IMG/VR virus record: IMGVR_UViG_3300045988_069092 | Length of the DNA stretch: 48,416 nt | From: a virus | Strand: one strand, 5' to 3' | Shown: positions 30,903 through 40,900 of the stretch, piece by piece | Layout of the letters: each line of letters starts with the position of its first letter | How positions within the stretch are numbered: position 1 is the stretch's first letter | Program-made: the position numbers and the translations under genes | The notes under the pieces: generated by a model | The model's database searches: none | Seen by the model: the letters and a program-made list of their open reading frames with translations, nothing else | Told to the model about the DNA's origin: nothing

Positions 30903-31962
30903 TGCTGATAACCTCCTTCAACTTCTTGATGTTGACTGTCTCGCAGTACTTCTTCCTCATTGCGTAGGAATTGGTATGCTTGAAACAGGCGCACCGGGAG
31001 ATAAACCCGGAAGCGATTCTGTATGCGATAGGTCGGTTTTCTCTCTGTAGTTTCTGGATAAACCTGCTTTGCCGCATGAGAGCCAATGCTCTCCGCTTGC
31101 GAATGGTGGTGAAGCCCACGCCAAAACATCGTCCCACGAAGTCTATCTTTCGCCCTCTGCGGCCTGACCTATCTTTGCAGTACTGCTGAATACGAAAGAG
31201 CTGATAGTCATGCTTGATGGACAGGCCAAGCTCACCCACGAACTCGAAGATGTCATGGAGAGCTTTTCTCAGCTTTCGTTTATTGCTGTCAATCAGTACC
31301 AAATCGTCAGCATATCGGACATAGTGTCGGATTCTGTGCTTCTGCTTGATAAGATTGTCCAGCGGTTGCAGGTACAGCTCTGCCAGCCAAGGCGAGGTGT
31401 AGTTTCCGATGGGAAGCCCTTGTTCGTGGGAGTCAATCACCTTGAAGATGATTTGCAGGAACTTTTCGTCTTTGATTTTCTCCCGCAGACGGGCTTTCAG
31501 TTTGCCGTGAGGAATGGACGGGTAGAACTTGCTTATGTCCATCTTCACGCAGTACTTGGCGTGTTTTCTGTCCCTGACAGTAGCCCTCTCCACACCCTTG
31601 GAAGCATGGTCGATACCACGCTTCGGGATGTTGGCACAGCTCCAATGATAGGAAGACCGTTCAATGATAGGCTTGAGGACTTGCATAATGGCGTGGTGTG
31701 CGCATTGGTCAGGGTAGAACGCCGGGATTTGTAGTTCTCGTTCTTTTCCAGACAGACCGTCCTTGATGAAACGAGTCTTGTATGGCGAGAGAAAGTCCAT
31801 GCGACTCAAGCGTTCGGACAGGTCTTTTGCGTAGTCCTCCAAGTTGTCGCAGACATCTTTCACCATCTTCCGCTTCCTCTTGTTCTGAGAAGCGTTAAGG
31901 ATAGCCAGCCGACAGTTATCGACCGACACCACCTTTTCATAGAGAAAGCCAAACCTTTTCAT
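30859..31962 (-). CDS. DGR-type reverse transcriptase
   Basis: RT motifs including YVRYADDLVL (YxDD) and LPIGNYTSPWLAELYL, which is the DGR-type IGxxxS(Q) region. The gene lies directly downstream of the TR. Confidence 0.9.
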   Translation of the reverse strand: MKRFGFLYEKVVSVDNCRLAILNASQNKRKRKMVKDVCDNLEDYAKDLSERLSRMDFLSPYKTRFIKDGLSGKERELQIPAFYPDQCAHHAIMQVLKPIIERSSYHWSCANIPKRGIDHASKGVERATVRDRKHAKYCVKMDISKFYPSIPHGKLKARLREKIKDEKFLQIIFKVIDSHEQGLPIGNYTSPWLAELYLQPLDNLIKQKHRIRHYVRYADDLVLIDSNKRKLRKALHDIFEFVGELGLSIKHDYQLFRIQQYCKDRSGRRGRKIDFVGRCFGVGFTTIRKRRALALMRQSRFIQKLQRENRPIAYRIASGFISRCACFKHTNSYAMRKKYCETVNIKKLKEVISNESKRKCLSQLAHH

Positions 31963-32077
31963 GTGCTTTTGTTTCTTATAGGGCTTTCGAGAGTGAACCT
32001 ACTAACCCTATCCCTCCAAACTATTTTTTACCAATGGGTACGGCGAGACAGTATTTTGATGGATAGACCGTTTAACA

Positions 32078-32197
32078 AAAGTAGGCGAGAGCCAATGTTC
32101 GTGTTGGAATTGGACGAAGTGTTGTTCAAATTAGCCGTAAACAGACCGCAAATCGAGCCATTATTCCAATTGCCGCCGTGTTGGAACACTCGCTATT
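32078..32197 (-). repeat. DGR template repeat (TR)
   Basis: 120-bp colinear match to 32294-32413. The only differences are at TR adenines on the minus strand. Confidence 0.9.
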
Positions 32198-32251
32198 ACT
32201 GTTCGCCTTAGTGTGTTGCTGTAGCGTTACATAGGCGTTTTCACCTGCTTA

Positions 32252-32274
32252 TGTGGGGGAGGGAATCCCCCACA
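32252..32274 (-). promoter_or_regulatory. GC-rich hairpin just downstream of the VR and stop codon (candidate DGR target-recognition hairpin)
   Basis: TGTGGGGGA / TCCCCCACA form a 9-bp stem with a 5-nt loop. On the minus strand it begins 6 nt after the stop codon. Confidence 0.6.
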
Positions 32275-32279
32275 CCCCC

Positions 32280-34217
32280 TCAGGAGGGAATATAAAGCAG
32301 GCGAGAGCCAATGCTCGAGTGGGAATAGGACGAAGTGCCGTCCAAATAAGCCGTAAACAGACCGCAAACCGAGCCAAAAGACCAAACGCCGCCGTGCTGG
32401 AACACCCGCCAACCAGTGCTACTCCAACAGCCGTCACACATATAGGTGGACTCACTGCCGCTACCAGCCGCCGCAGGAAGCATGACATGAGGGTTGTTGC
32501 CAGAGTCAAGACCTTCCTCGGTGATGTAAGAACTGCTCCAATTCGTAGCACCCGTGTAGGAGAGTTTGGCGTAATTGCTTGCGGTATCGTCTGCATACTT
32601 GGACGGGTCGTTGCAGACATAGTAAGAGCCGTTGTTCCAGTTCACACCGTCAACCCATTCCCACACATTGCCCCACAGACCCTCGATACCTCTCCACACG
32701 ACATCGACCTTGCCGTCCGTGCCAGAAGGTCTGCCAGTGAGATTCGGAATACTGTTGCAGGAGCCGGTTTTCAGAGAACCGCTGTTGCCGTCACAGTAAC
32801 CTCTACCGATTTTGCTCTGCACATTGTTGTCGGCGAACTCAACCAGCATGAGCATTTGCACAGCGGAGAGTGCCGCAATGTCAATCAGGCTCCAACCTGC
32901 GCCCTTGCTCTTGGCATTGGAGCGGAACTGCGCTCTCGTCTGAGACACCTGAGGGCTTGCGCCGCTGACGGACTTGTTGTTGGAGGAGGTCTTGTATGCG
33001 CCGATGTAGGCGTGGTCACACTCCTTGCCAGCATGATTGAACAGCGGGTGAACGGAGAAACCAGCAGTGGGCTTGTCGGCGATTTTGATATACTCCACAT
33101 TCCCGGAGCGGTAACGGCGATACCAGAACTTGGGGATTTTCACCATCACATCACCCGTGGAGAGGGTTTCACGCACAATGCCCTTCCAAGGCATGGCATT
33201 GTCGAAATCGCTATGACCTGCGCTTGCACCCACGGAAGCAGTGGCAGTCATGCCGACAGCGTTGTCGGTTCTCGCCCAAGCGGGGGACGAAGTACTCTTG
33301 TCTCTGCTGATACCGTAGATTTTCACGAAGGACAGCTCCACTTCCTCACTCTGCCCGTCAGAGGTGATTACGACCTGCTCAGAAGCGGTCTCGCTTCCGC
33401 TCACTGCTTTCACCGTCCAAGTGCCGACCTCGTGGACTTGGAACTGATAAGTACCCGTGCTGGTCGTGGCAGTGTAGACCGTTTCGTTCAGGGAGCAGGT
33501 CAGCGTTGCGCCAGCGGGATAGGTGACATCAATGGTGGCGGTGAAATAGTAGTAGGTGGCTTCGTAGTTCGATACCGCACCTGCCACAGACACTTTGGAA
33601 GTAGTGTTATCAGGCTTGGAGTACCCGTCAGCCGCCCCGTACTCGATGTGATAGGTGTGACCGATAGCGACCGTGAAGGAAGTGGTCTTCTGCGTCTTGG
33701 TGAGGGTGGCAGTTTTGGTATACTGCCCGTCCGTCTCGTCCACGCAGGTGATGGTGACGCTGGTAAATGCGCTATCATCGTCAATCTCGATGGTGACATT
33801 CGCCGTCTCGCCATCGGCGGGGGGAGCCGCAGAAGCCCGGTTGCTCTCATTGGTGGAGAGATTGAACACGCCCTGCGTGGAGTACGGGAAAGCGGCGAAG
33901 TAGTAGGTCTTGCCCTCGGTCAGACCGTCCACCACATACTCCTCGGTGGCGTACTCACCAAGCTCCTTGTTGTCGATAACCAGCGTACCCTCGCTGGTGT
34001 TCGTGGGGTACTGCTCCTCGCTCATGCGAATCATTACGCCGCCAACGGAGCAGAGCAGGTTTCCTGCGCTGTCATAGCTGTCGGCGGGTTCCAGAAATCT
34101 CAGTCCGATACTGTTTTTGGATTTTGCGAAAGCGGTGAACTCTCGCATGTTGTTGGGGGCTTGCCCAACTTTCTGCAAAATCTGGTCTACAGTCCATTTT
34201 GCTTCTGCCCAACTCAT
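32280..34217 (-). CDS. Tail fibre / receptor-binding protein with a C-terminal C-type-lectin/FGE-like DGR variable domain
   Basis: GLWGNVWEWVDG motif upstream of the VR. Position is in the distal tail module. Confidence 0.85.
   Translation of the reverse strand: MSWAEAKWTVDQILQKVGQAPNNMREFTAFAKSKNSIGLRFLEPADSYDSAGNLLCSVGGVMIRMSEEQYPTNTSEGTLVIDNKELGEYATEEYVVDGLTEGKTYYFAAFPYSTQGVFNLSTNESNRASAAPPADGETANVTIEIDDDSAFTSVTITCVDETDGQYTKTATLTKTQKTTSFTVAIGHTYHIEYGAADGYSKPDNTTSKVSVAGAVSNYEATYYYFTATIDVTYPAGATLTCSLNETVYTATTSTGTYQFQVHEVGTWTVKAVSGSETASEQVVITSDGQSEEVELSFVKIYGISRDKSTSSPAWARTDNAVGMTATASVGASAGHSDFDNAMPWKGIVRETLSTGDVMVKIPKFWYRRYRSGNVEYIKIADKPTAGFSVHPLFNHAGKECDHAYIGAYKTSSNNKSVSGASPQVSQTRAQFRSNAKSKGAGWSLIDIAALSAVQMLMLVEFADNNVQSKIGRGYCDGNSGSLKTGSCNSIPNLTGRPSGTDGKVDVVWRGIEGLWGNVWEWVDGVNWNNGSYYVCNDPSKYADDTASNYAKLSYTGATNWSSSYITEEGLDSGNNPHVMLPAAAGSGSESTYMCDGCWSSTGWRVFQHGGVWSFGSVCGLFTAYLDGTSSYSHSSIGSRLLYIPS
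32294..32413 (-). repeat. DGR variable repeat (VR), the last 40 codons or so of the fibre gene
   Basis: See the TR entry. It encodes ...GWRVFQHGGVWSFGSVCGLFTAYLDGTSSYSHSSIGSRLL. Confidence 0.9.
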
Positions 34218-34912
34218 TACTGTACCTCCTCGTTGATAATCAGGCCGTCACTGCTAAAGGTGATGGTCTTCGTTTTCTGCAACAGCTCACCCTCGAACAA
34301 CTTCTGGACAATCTTGTTCGCAGACACGAAGGTGGTCTCGATTTTCTTTGTGCCGTAGGTCTCGGTGATGGTCTCGCCATCAGCGGAAAAGACGGTCTTG
34401 CGGGGGTCAAACCCGTCCGTCTTCACTTCGAGAGCGTCAATCTGGTTTTGCAGATTGCCAGCCACATCCTCACCGAGCTGGTTCTTGATGAACTCGAACC
34501 AAGTGGTGAAAAGCTGTTCCTGCTGGCTCTCAAAGGCGGTAATCTCGTTGCGGTAGTCCGTCTTGATGGTCTCGATGATGGTGTCACCTTGCGCTTCCAG
34601 ATTTTCCACATACGAGGTGAAGCCCTCCTGAGTAGCGTCAGCGGTGTCCTCGAACAAGCCCTTCTGCGTGTCGAAGTAGTTCTGGAAAGCCGTGTACAGG
34701 TCAGTCCCGTTCTCCACCATCGACATGAGGGTGTTCAGAGCTTCGTTCATGCGGTTGGCTTCCTTTGCCCCAAAGAACGAGTTGTCCTTGTTGCTGTACA
34801 CCGTCACATCTTGGAACGAAACCGTCCCGTCATCGTTATCGACCTGAGTGTACTTTTTCAGGCCGCTCCAAGTAGCGTCAGTGTAATTTACAGGTAAAAG
34901 CTCCCAAGCCAT
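34217..34912 (-). CDS. Tail fibre-associated protein
   Basis: Start refined to MAWELLP, which overlaps the upstream stop. Coiled-coil rich. Assignment is by position. Confidence 0.55.
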   Translation of the reverse strand: MAWELLPVNYTDATWSGLKKYTQVDNDDGTVSFQDVTVYSNKDNSFFGAKEANRMNEALNTLMSMVENGTDLYTAFQNYFDTQKGLFEDTADATQEGFTSYVENLEAQGDTIIETIKTDYRNEITAFESQQEQLFTTWFEFIKNQLGEDVAGNLQNQIDALEVKTDGFDPRKTVFSADGETITETYGTKKIETTFVSANKIVQKLFEGELLQKTKTITFSSDGLIINEEVQ

Positions 34913-35343
34913 TACAGTTCTCCTCCCTTCATTCCAAAGTTCCATTTGAACATCCGTCTGCCCTCAAACTCATTGGTGAGTCTGTCGTAAAGGTCGAGGA
35001 TTGCTCCCTCCAATCGGTTGAGTTCCCGGAAATCCATTACATTTCCGTTGTCAACATAAATTGGAGGGTTCCCGTAATCACGGTTCAGGGAGCCGTTGTT
35101 CACTGTCTTCAAGTTCTCCTCAAGCTGATTGATTTCGTCAGCATAGAAGTAGTCCGCAGGAGTGCGGTCTTCTCCGAGAGAGACGATGGAGAACTCGTCA
35201 TAGAGACGGCTTGCCAAGTCTCGGAGATAGGTGAGGTTGTTCTTGATACGGTTGAAGTCACTCGCATTGAACCTGTCCCCGATGTAATTCCCTTCGGAAT
35301 CAATAGCCCCGTGCCAGTTTGTCTTAGGGGTTTGCCAAGCCAT
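34912..35343 (-). CDS. Baseplate/tail-associated hypothetical protein
   Basis: Start refined to MAWQTPK after GGAGG. Assignment is by position. Confidence 0.55.
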   Translation of the reverse strand: MAWQTPKTNWHGAIDSEGNYIGDRFNASDFNRIKNNLTYLRDLASRLYDEFSIVSLGEDRTPADYFYADEINQLEENLKTVNNGSLNRDYGNPPIYVDNGNVMDFRELNRLEGAILDLYDRLTNEFEGRRMFKWNFGMKGGEL

Positions 35344-37573
35344 ATTTCGCACCTCCTACCTTTCGGGCAGTTACCTTGCCCGAAAAACTTTGATTGAAAT
35401 TGACGGTGTGTCGGTAGATGTTCACCTTCATGTTGCTATGGAACTCGTTTTCCTGATACACGATGTCGTTCACATCAATCTCCGGGTTTCCTCTCGTGTC
35501 GTACTCGTACTCGATACCCGAAGCGTAGTAATCGCCAAGCCACTCGGCAAGGTCGTTCGCCATTCCCATGTCAGACATCATCGGGTTTTCCCACTTGATG
35601 GTCTTGCCACGGTTGTTAAGGGCTTTGACTGCGTATCGCTCAACGATTTTGTACCGATAACCGTAAATCTCTAAGCGGTATTTGCCCGTCACGCTGAACC
35701 GCACGGTGATGTAGTAGTTGCCCGAATCCTCAATGGTGACACCTCCCGTGGTGTTTTCCAGTACGGCTCGGAAGCCGTAGGAGGGTTCGCCGATGAAAAA
35801 GGTCTCCACATCACCAGCCTTGACATCCACTTCCTCACCAACGAGACTGTCCTCCTGAGTACCGTTCTGGTAGCTGTAGCAGGGGACGATTACCTCTTTG
35901 ATAAGCTCCTGTTTGATAGCTTTCGGCGAGGAGGTCATGTCGGTTCGGGTCATTGTGAAATCGGTAATGTCACCGAAGCTGAAATTGTTCAGCACAATGC
36001 GGTTGAACGGGTCAGCGGTCTTGGTGAACTCGATTTCCATGGTGTCGAAATCGTCAAGGTCGATATGCAGTATCGTGACACGCTCGATTTCGTCCTGCCC
36101 AACCTCGTACTCGGTCACGAGCTGACCATCGTTGTAAGTACGGATGGTAAACGCCGCAGGGAGCGTATTGCCGAACACGAACTTTGCACCGTAGTACATA
36201 CAGGCCACTTCCTGCTCAATCGTGACCACTGGATTCTTTGTGAACAGCCCGTCTTCATCAGAAAGCTCCGCAGAAACGAAGCCGGTGTTGAAGCTCTTGC
36301 CGCTGAGGTCACGGGGCAGGAAGAACATCGTCCCGTCAGCCGTGGTGTAATTCGTATTCAGAGAAGCGTACTCGTCCTTCACGGTATCGTCCATGATGTT
36401 TTCTGCATGGGAGTACGCCGCTTCGGTCTTTGCGCTTGCGCTTGCTTCCGGGACGAAATTGGACTTGATTTGAATAGTGCCGAACCTCGTCTGCGTGAGA
36501 ACACACCGGCAAGCGTTTGCGATAATCTGTAGTGCTTCTTTGTGCTGCACCCTCGGAATAGGGTTCTTTGTGAAAAGAATCTTGAGCTGAGGGTCGATGT
36601 AGTAGTCCGTCAGGCCAGCGTCTTTCAGTACATCCTCAGCCAGCTCGTAGTAGCTCACACCCTCGCCGTTGTACATTCCCTTGTAGTACTCGGAGTCCAT
36701 GTTTCTGAAAATGTCCTGACAGCGAATTGTGGCGGTGTAATCGTCAGACTCCCACTCCGAACACAACAGCCTGTTCCCTCGAATCCACTCGATTTCCCCG
36801 GTCTCCGGGAGCTGGTAGCCGTAGTAGATTTCCATTTCCTGCCCGGTTTCGAGGAAGTTGATTGCAGACTTGGGATTGTCCACATTGAAGTAGTGGTCGT
36901 AGTTCTTGAGCTGTACCGAGAAATCAATCTGCGGCACATCCGCACCGATGGGAGACACATAGCTCTCAAGGGTGGAACTCATGACATCTTGGTTGTAGTA
37001 GACCAAGCCGTAGCCGAAGCGGATGGAGTAGATACGAACACGGCTCTTGGGGTTCTTCATCGTGTAGAACACGAGCTTCACCTGCGTGGTGTTGGTCAAC
37101 ACTTCCTCAGTGGAGAACACCGCTTGGTCGTTCCCCCGGAACTCGATAACCTGTCCGCTACTGCTCACCATGTCGAAGTCAACCGGGTAGTTTTCTCCGA
37201 AATTGATGGTGATACCCTTGAAATCGGTCGCTACGATGTTCAGGTTGATTGTCAGCTCGAAGATAGCTTCCGTCAGGAGCTTTTCGCTGATAATGCCCGT
37301 GTCGAGGTATGCACCCGACTGGTTCTCCCTCGGAAGAAAGAACATGGAGCCGTCCACTCTCGTGAAGTTCTCCTCAAGCGTTGCATAGACCGTATCGTCA
37401 CTCTTTTCGCCGAGTACATTTTTGGCGTTTGCGTAGTACGCAAAATCGCCATCCTCAACCGTGGCTTTTGCCTGTGCTTCTTGGTTAATAAGGCCGAAAG
37501 AGAGCATGATGTATGCTCTCTCTCGGAGAGAGGACTTCATGCTGTCTCTATATGCCTTGGAAACCTTCTGCAT
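35324..37573 (-). CDS. Tal-like tail tip / baseplate hub protein with an internal domain duplication
   Basis: It is the third gene after the tape measure and encodes 749 aa. The repeated segment ...DGSMFFLPRE... / ...DGTMFFLPRD... ends each time in ...FG. Confidence 0.65.
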   Translation of the reverse strand: MQKVSKAYRDSMKSSLRERAYIMLSFGLINQEAQAKATVEDGDFAYYANAKNVLGEKSDDTVYATLEENFTRVDGSMFFLPRENQSGAYLDTGIISEKLLTEAIFELTINLNIVATDFKGITINFGENYPVDFDMVSSSGQVIEFRGNDQAVFSTEEVLTNTTQVKLVFYTMKNPKSRVRIYSIRFGYGLVYYNQDVMSSTLESYVSPIGADVPQIDFSVQLKNYDHYFNVDNPKSAINFLETGQEMEIYYGYQLPETGEIEWIRGNRLLCSEWESDDYTATIRCQDIFRNMDSEYYKGMYNGEGVSYYELAEDVLKDAGLTDYYIDPQLKILFTKNPIPRVQHKEALQIIANACRCVLTQTRFGTIQIKSNFVPEASASAKTEAAYSHAENIMDDTVKDEYASLNTNYTTADGTMFFLPRDLSGKSFNTGFVSAELSDEDGLFTKNPVVTIEQEVACMYYGAKFVFGNTLPAAFTIRTYNDGQLVTEYEVGQDEIERVTILHIDLDDFDTMEIEFTKTADPFNRIVLNNFSFGDITDFTMTRTDMTSSPKAIKQELIKEVIVPCYSYQNGTQEDSLVGEEVDVKAGDVETFFIGEPSYGFRAVLENTTGGVTIEDSGNYYITVRFSVTGKYRLEIYGYRYKIVERYAVKALNNRGKTIKWENPMMSDMGMANDLAEWLGDYYASGIEYEYDTRGNPEIDVNDIVYQENEFHSNMKVNIYRHTVNFNQSFSGKVTARKVGGAKYGLANP

Positions 37574-37584
37574 AAAATCCCTCC

Positions 37585-37956
37585 TTACTCGCCGCAGTCC
37601 ACCAGATTCACCTTACAATTCCTGTAGTGTGTCGGTTTTCCGCTACTGTCTGCCCAATAGGGTTCAGCCGTCCTATCACCGGGGTACATCTTGATGGTCT
37701 TCCGGGAATTGCTGACGGGGTCTACGAATGTCACATAGACAAAGAAATTGCTGAGTGCGTTGAGAATCTGCGACCACTGTTCAGCGGTGAGCCAAGGCCA
37801 CTCAAGACCGTCAATCTTGTACTGGTCTCGACCCACACGCTGACCGACAACGGCTCCGTTGGCGTTTCTGCCAGCGTCCACAACCGTTGTCACAATGGGT
37901 CGCACCCCTCGCTTGGGAGGGGGCAACTCATAGCCGTTGATTGCGATATAGGACAT
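37585..37956 (-). CDS. Distal tail protein-like small protein
   Basis: It lies immediately downstream of the tape measure, with GGAGG upstream. It is small for a Dit. Confidence 0.5.
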   Translation of the reverse strand: MSYIAINGYELPPPKRGVRPIVTTVVDAGRNANGAVVGQRVGRDQYKIDGLEWPWLTAEQWSQILNALSNFFVYVTFVDPVSNSRKTIKMYPGDRTAEPYWADSSGKPTHYRNCKVNLVDCGE

Positions 37957-37968
37957 ATCCGCACCTCC

Positions 37969-40900
37969 TTACTTCACGAACACATAACCGTTGGCCTTGC
38001 GCTGGGTGGTTACAGCGTCAGTGACAGTGCGGTTCCCGATTTGAACAATGGTTTGCTCGTTCTTATCGGCCTGTCGGCGCATATCGTCTGCCATCTGAGA
38101 CAGGGTGGGTTCGATATACTCTCGATAGAACTCCTCCATGCCCTCATTGAAGCCAGTCACAGAGAAGTTCCTGTTGTTCACCACATCTGCGGAAACCGAC
38201 TTGGAGAAGGAATCGCTGGTGTAGTACTTGAGAGCAGAGGTGTCCACGGCGAAGCGCATGACGGGGCTTACGCTGGTGAAGGATTTTGCCCAAGTGTTCA
38301 CGACATCCTTCGTGGTGCTTCCGAGGTTGGAAATACCGAGGTTGTAGCCGAGAACGGTGTCCTCGCCAATCCGCATGAACACCTTGGACGGGGAATTGGA
38401 GTCCAACGCCGCCTTGTATGCGTTTTTCGCCGCATTTGCCCACTTGCGCATATACGGTGCAGTGGTGTCATAGAAGTCATTGATACCCGCATTGAAACCG
38501 CTCACAACATCCTTGCCGATGTTGTAGAACGCATTGCGGGAGACGATTTCCGTAAACCAGCTCTTGGTGTTGCTTGCCCATGCAGTCATGCTGGACTTGC
38601 AGTTGTTGTAGGAGCCAGTGATACCAGAGCCAAAGCCACTCACGATGTCCTTGGCATAGTTCTGGAAGGTGTTGCGGTTGATACCGCCGTAACCGGCTTG
38701 GGTAAACCAGTTCTTCACATTGGAAGCCCACGCAATCACCGTGGATTTGCAGGTCTCAGAGCTGGCACTGAGCTGGGTCTTGAAGCCCTCCACCAAGGTT
38801 CTCGCCGCATTGCTGTAGTCACCCGACTTAGACTGAATACCGTCAACGAATCCAGTGACGAGATTCTGCCCGACCTCCTTCATGTTGACAAACATGCCGG
38901 TGGACAGCTCCACATTGTTGTTGCAGAGGTTTTCAATCTGCGTCAGCAGGTTCTTGTAGTTCTGCAACAGGGTAGCGGCGGTCTGCAACTCAGGGACGGC
39001 AACTTCCAGCTTGGTGTTGAGGTTGGAGGTTTGCTCGGAAATGTCCTCCACATCGTTTGCCAGCTTGTCAATCGGGTCTTGCGTGAACCAACCAATAATC
39101 GTGTCAATCGTTGCGCTCAGACCCGCAATGGCAGACACTTCCGTGTACCGAACGACCTGACCTGCGAACTCCGTCATGAAGTCCACGAAATCGCTCATGT
39201 TGCTGGACAGACCGGGGAGCTTTTCGTTCAAAGCCATCAGCGGCGGGTCGAGCCTGTAGTTCAGCTCGTTTGCCACTGCGACCAGACTCTCCACAAAGAG
39301 AATGAACGCCGCCGCCAGCTCCACGAGCAGTGCCGTGCCAAGCCCGATTGCCAGCGGCAACAGACCCGCAGAAGCGACTGTAGCCGCACCGAGAGCCGCC
39401 GTGACAACGCCGATTGCGACCAGCAGACCAGTGCCAACACCGATTGCAGTGGCAATTCGCTCACCGTTGTTCAGCACGGGTTCCCAAGCCTGTCCGATTT
39501 CGTCCAAGCCCTTGCCGATTGCCCAAATCTCAACGATGAACAGGCCAGCGGCAACGCCGAGTTCCAGCAGGATAGCCGTGCCAATGCCGATGTTCAGCGC
39601 AACGGTCGTACCGCCAGTGCCGAGGGCATACGCCGCCAGACCGACAGCCGCCAAGACCGCCGTACCGACACCGATTGCCGTTGCCACAGTTCCACCGTTG
39701 GCAATGACCGGCTCCCAAGCGATACCGACCTGTTCCAGCCCCTTGCCCATCAGAGCGATTGCGCCCACAACGAGCAGTGCCGCCGCCGCAACTTCGGCGA
39801 TTACGACCAGACTCATACCGAGGTTCTTTGCCAGAGACTTGAGCTTCGGGGAAAGCCCCGTGTTGATGGTGGTGTCCAGATTGGTGGTGGTCGTAGTGAC
39901 CGTCTCAAGAGCTTGCCGTGCCGCCTGTCCAGCGTTTGCACTGTCTTTCAGATCGTCCAGCTTCTTGAGGGCGAGAATGAACCCGCCAGCCATCATCAGC
40001 GCACCTGCGGCTACTTCCACAGCGTCCACGCCAGACCAATCGCCGGTTCGGATTGCTTCGATGAACCCCTTGAGGTTGTCCACAATCAGGGTTGCGCCAG
40101 CGATAATCAGGCCAACGCCGCCGAGCTGGGTGTTGCCGGTCAGCAGACCCAAGCCGCTCAGGAACAGGCCGAGATTCTTCACAAGGAACAGTGCATTGTC
40201 CCAGTTCACACCGTTGTTCACCATGTCGCTGATAGCAGAGACGATACCAGTCAGCCCGGAGATAACCAGCATTGCCCCCGCCATCTTGATGTTGCCGAAC
40301 AGGAGGAACGCCGCACCGAGAGCTTCCGCAAAGCCGCTGATTAGCTTGGTGACATTGGTGAAGTTTGCGCCATTTGCCATGATGTCTTGGATAGCTTCTT
40401 TCATGGTGTTCCATGCGTCCAAGAACAGGCCAAGCCCCGCAATTTTGAAACCGATACTGCCTACGATGTTGAAGCCCTTCATGGTGGACAGCCACCGCAG
40501 GAAATCTTGTACACCCTTGGCAATCTTCCAAGCGAGGAAAGCCGCACCAATGGCAACGACACCGGCGAGGATTTCATCAATGTTCTCCCTTACCCAATCG
40601 AGGAAGGGCTTAATCTTCGCCATGATTTTGTCCACCTGCTCGTTCACTGCGTCTCCAATGAAGTCATAGGTGGGAAGCTCAAAGCCGAGACCGCCACCGC
40701 CAATACCGCCGAGACCTGTACCTCCACCTGCGCTGTCCTCAGGAGGGGAGATAACATTCAGCTCGTCAATACCGAGCAGTGCGTTTTTCAGCTCCTTCGC
40801 TTTCTTGGAAGCGTCTCCCAAACCGTCAGCCGCTTCACCTGCGCCGCTTGCCACACCGCCGATTGCGTCCGCTCCCACATCGAACTCTGGAATCGAAACC

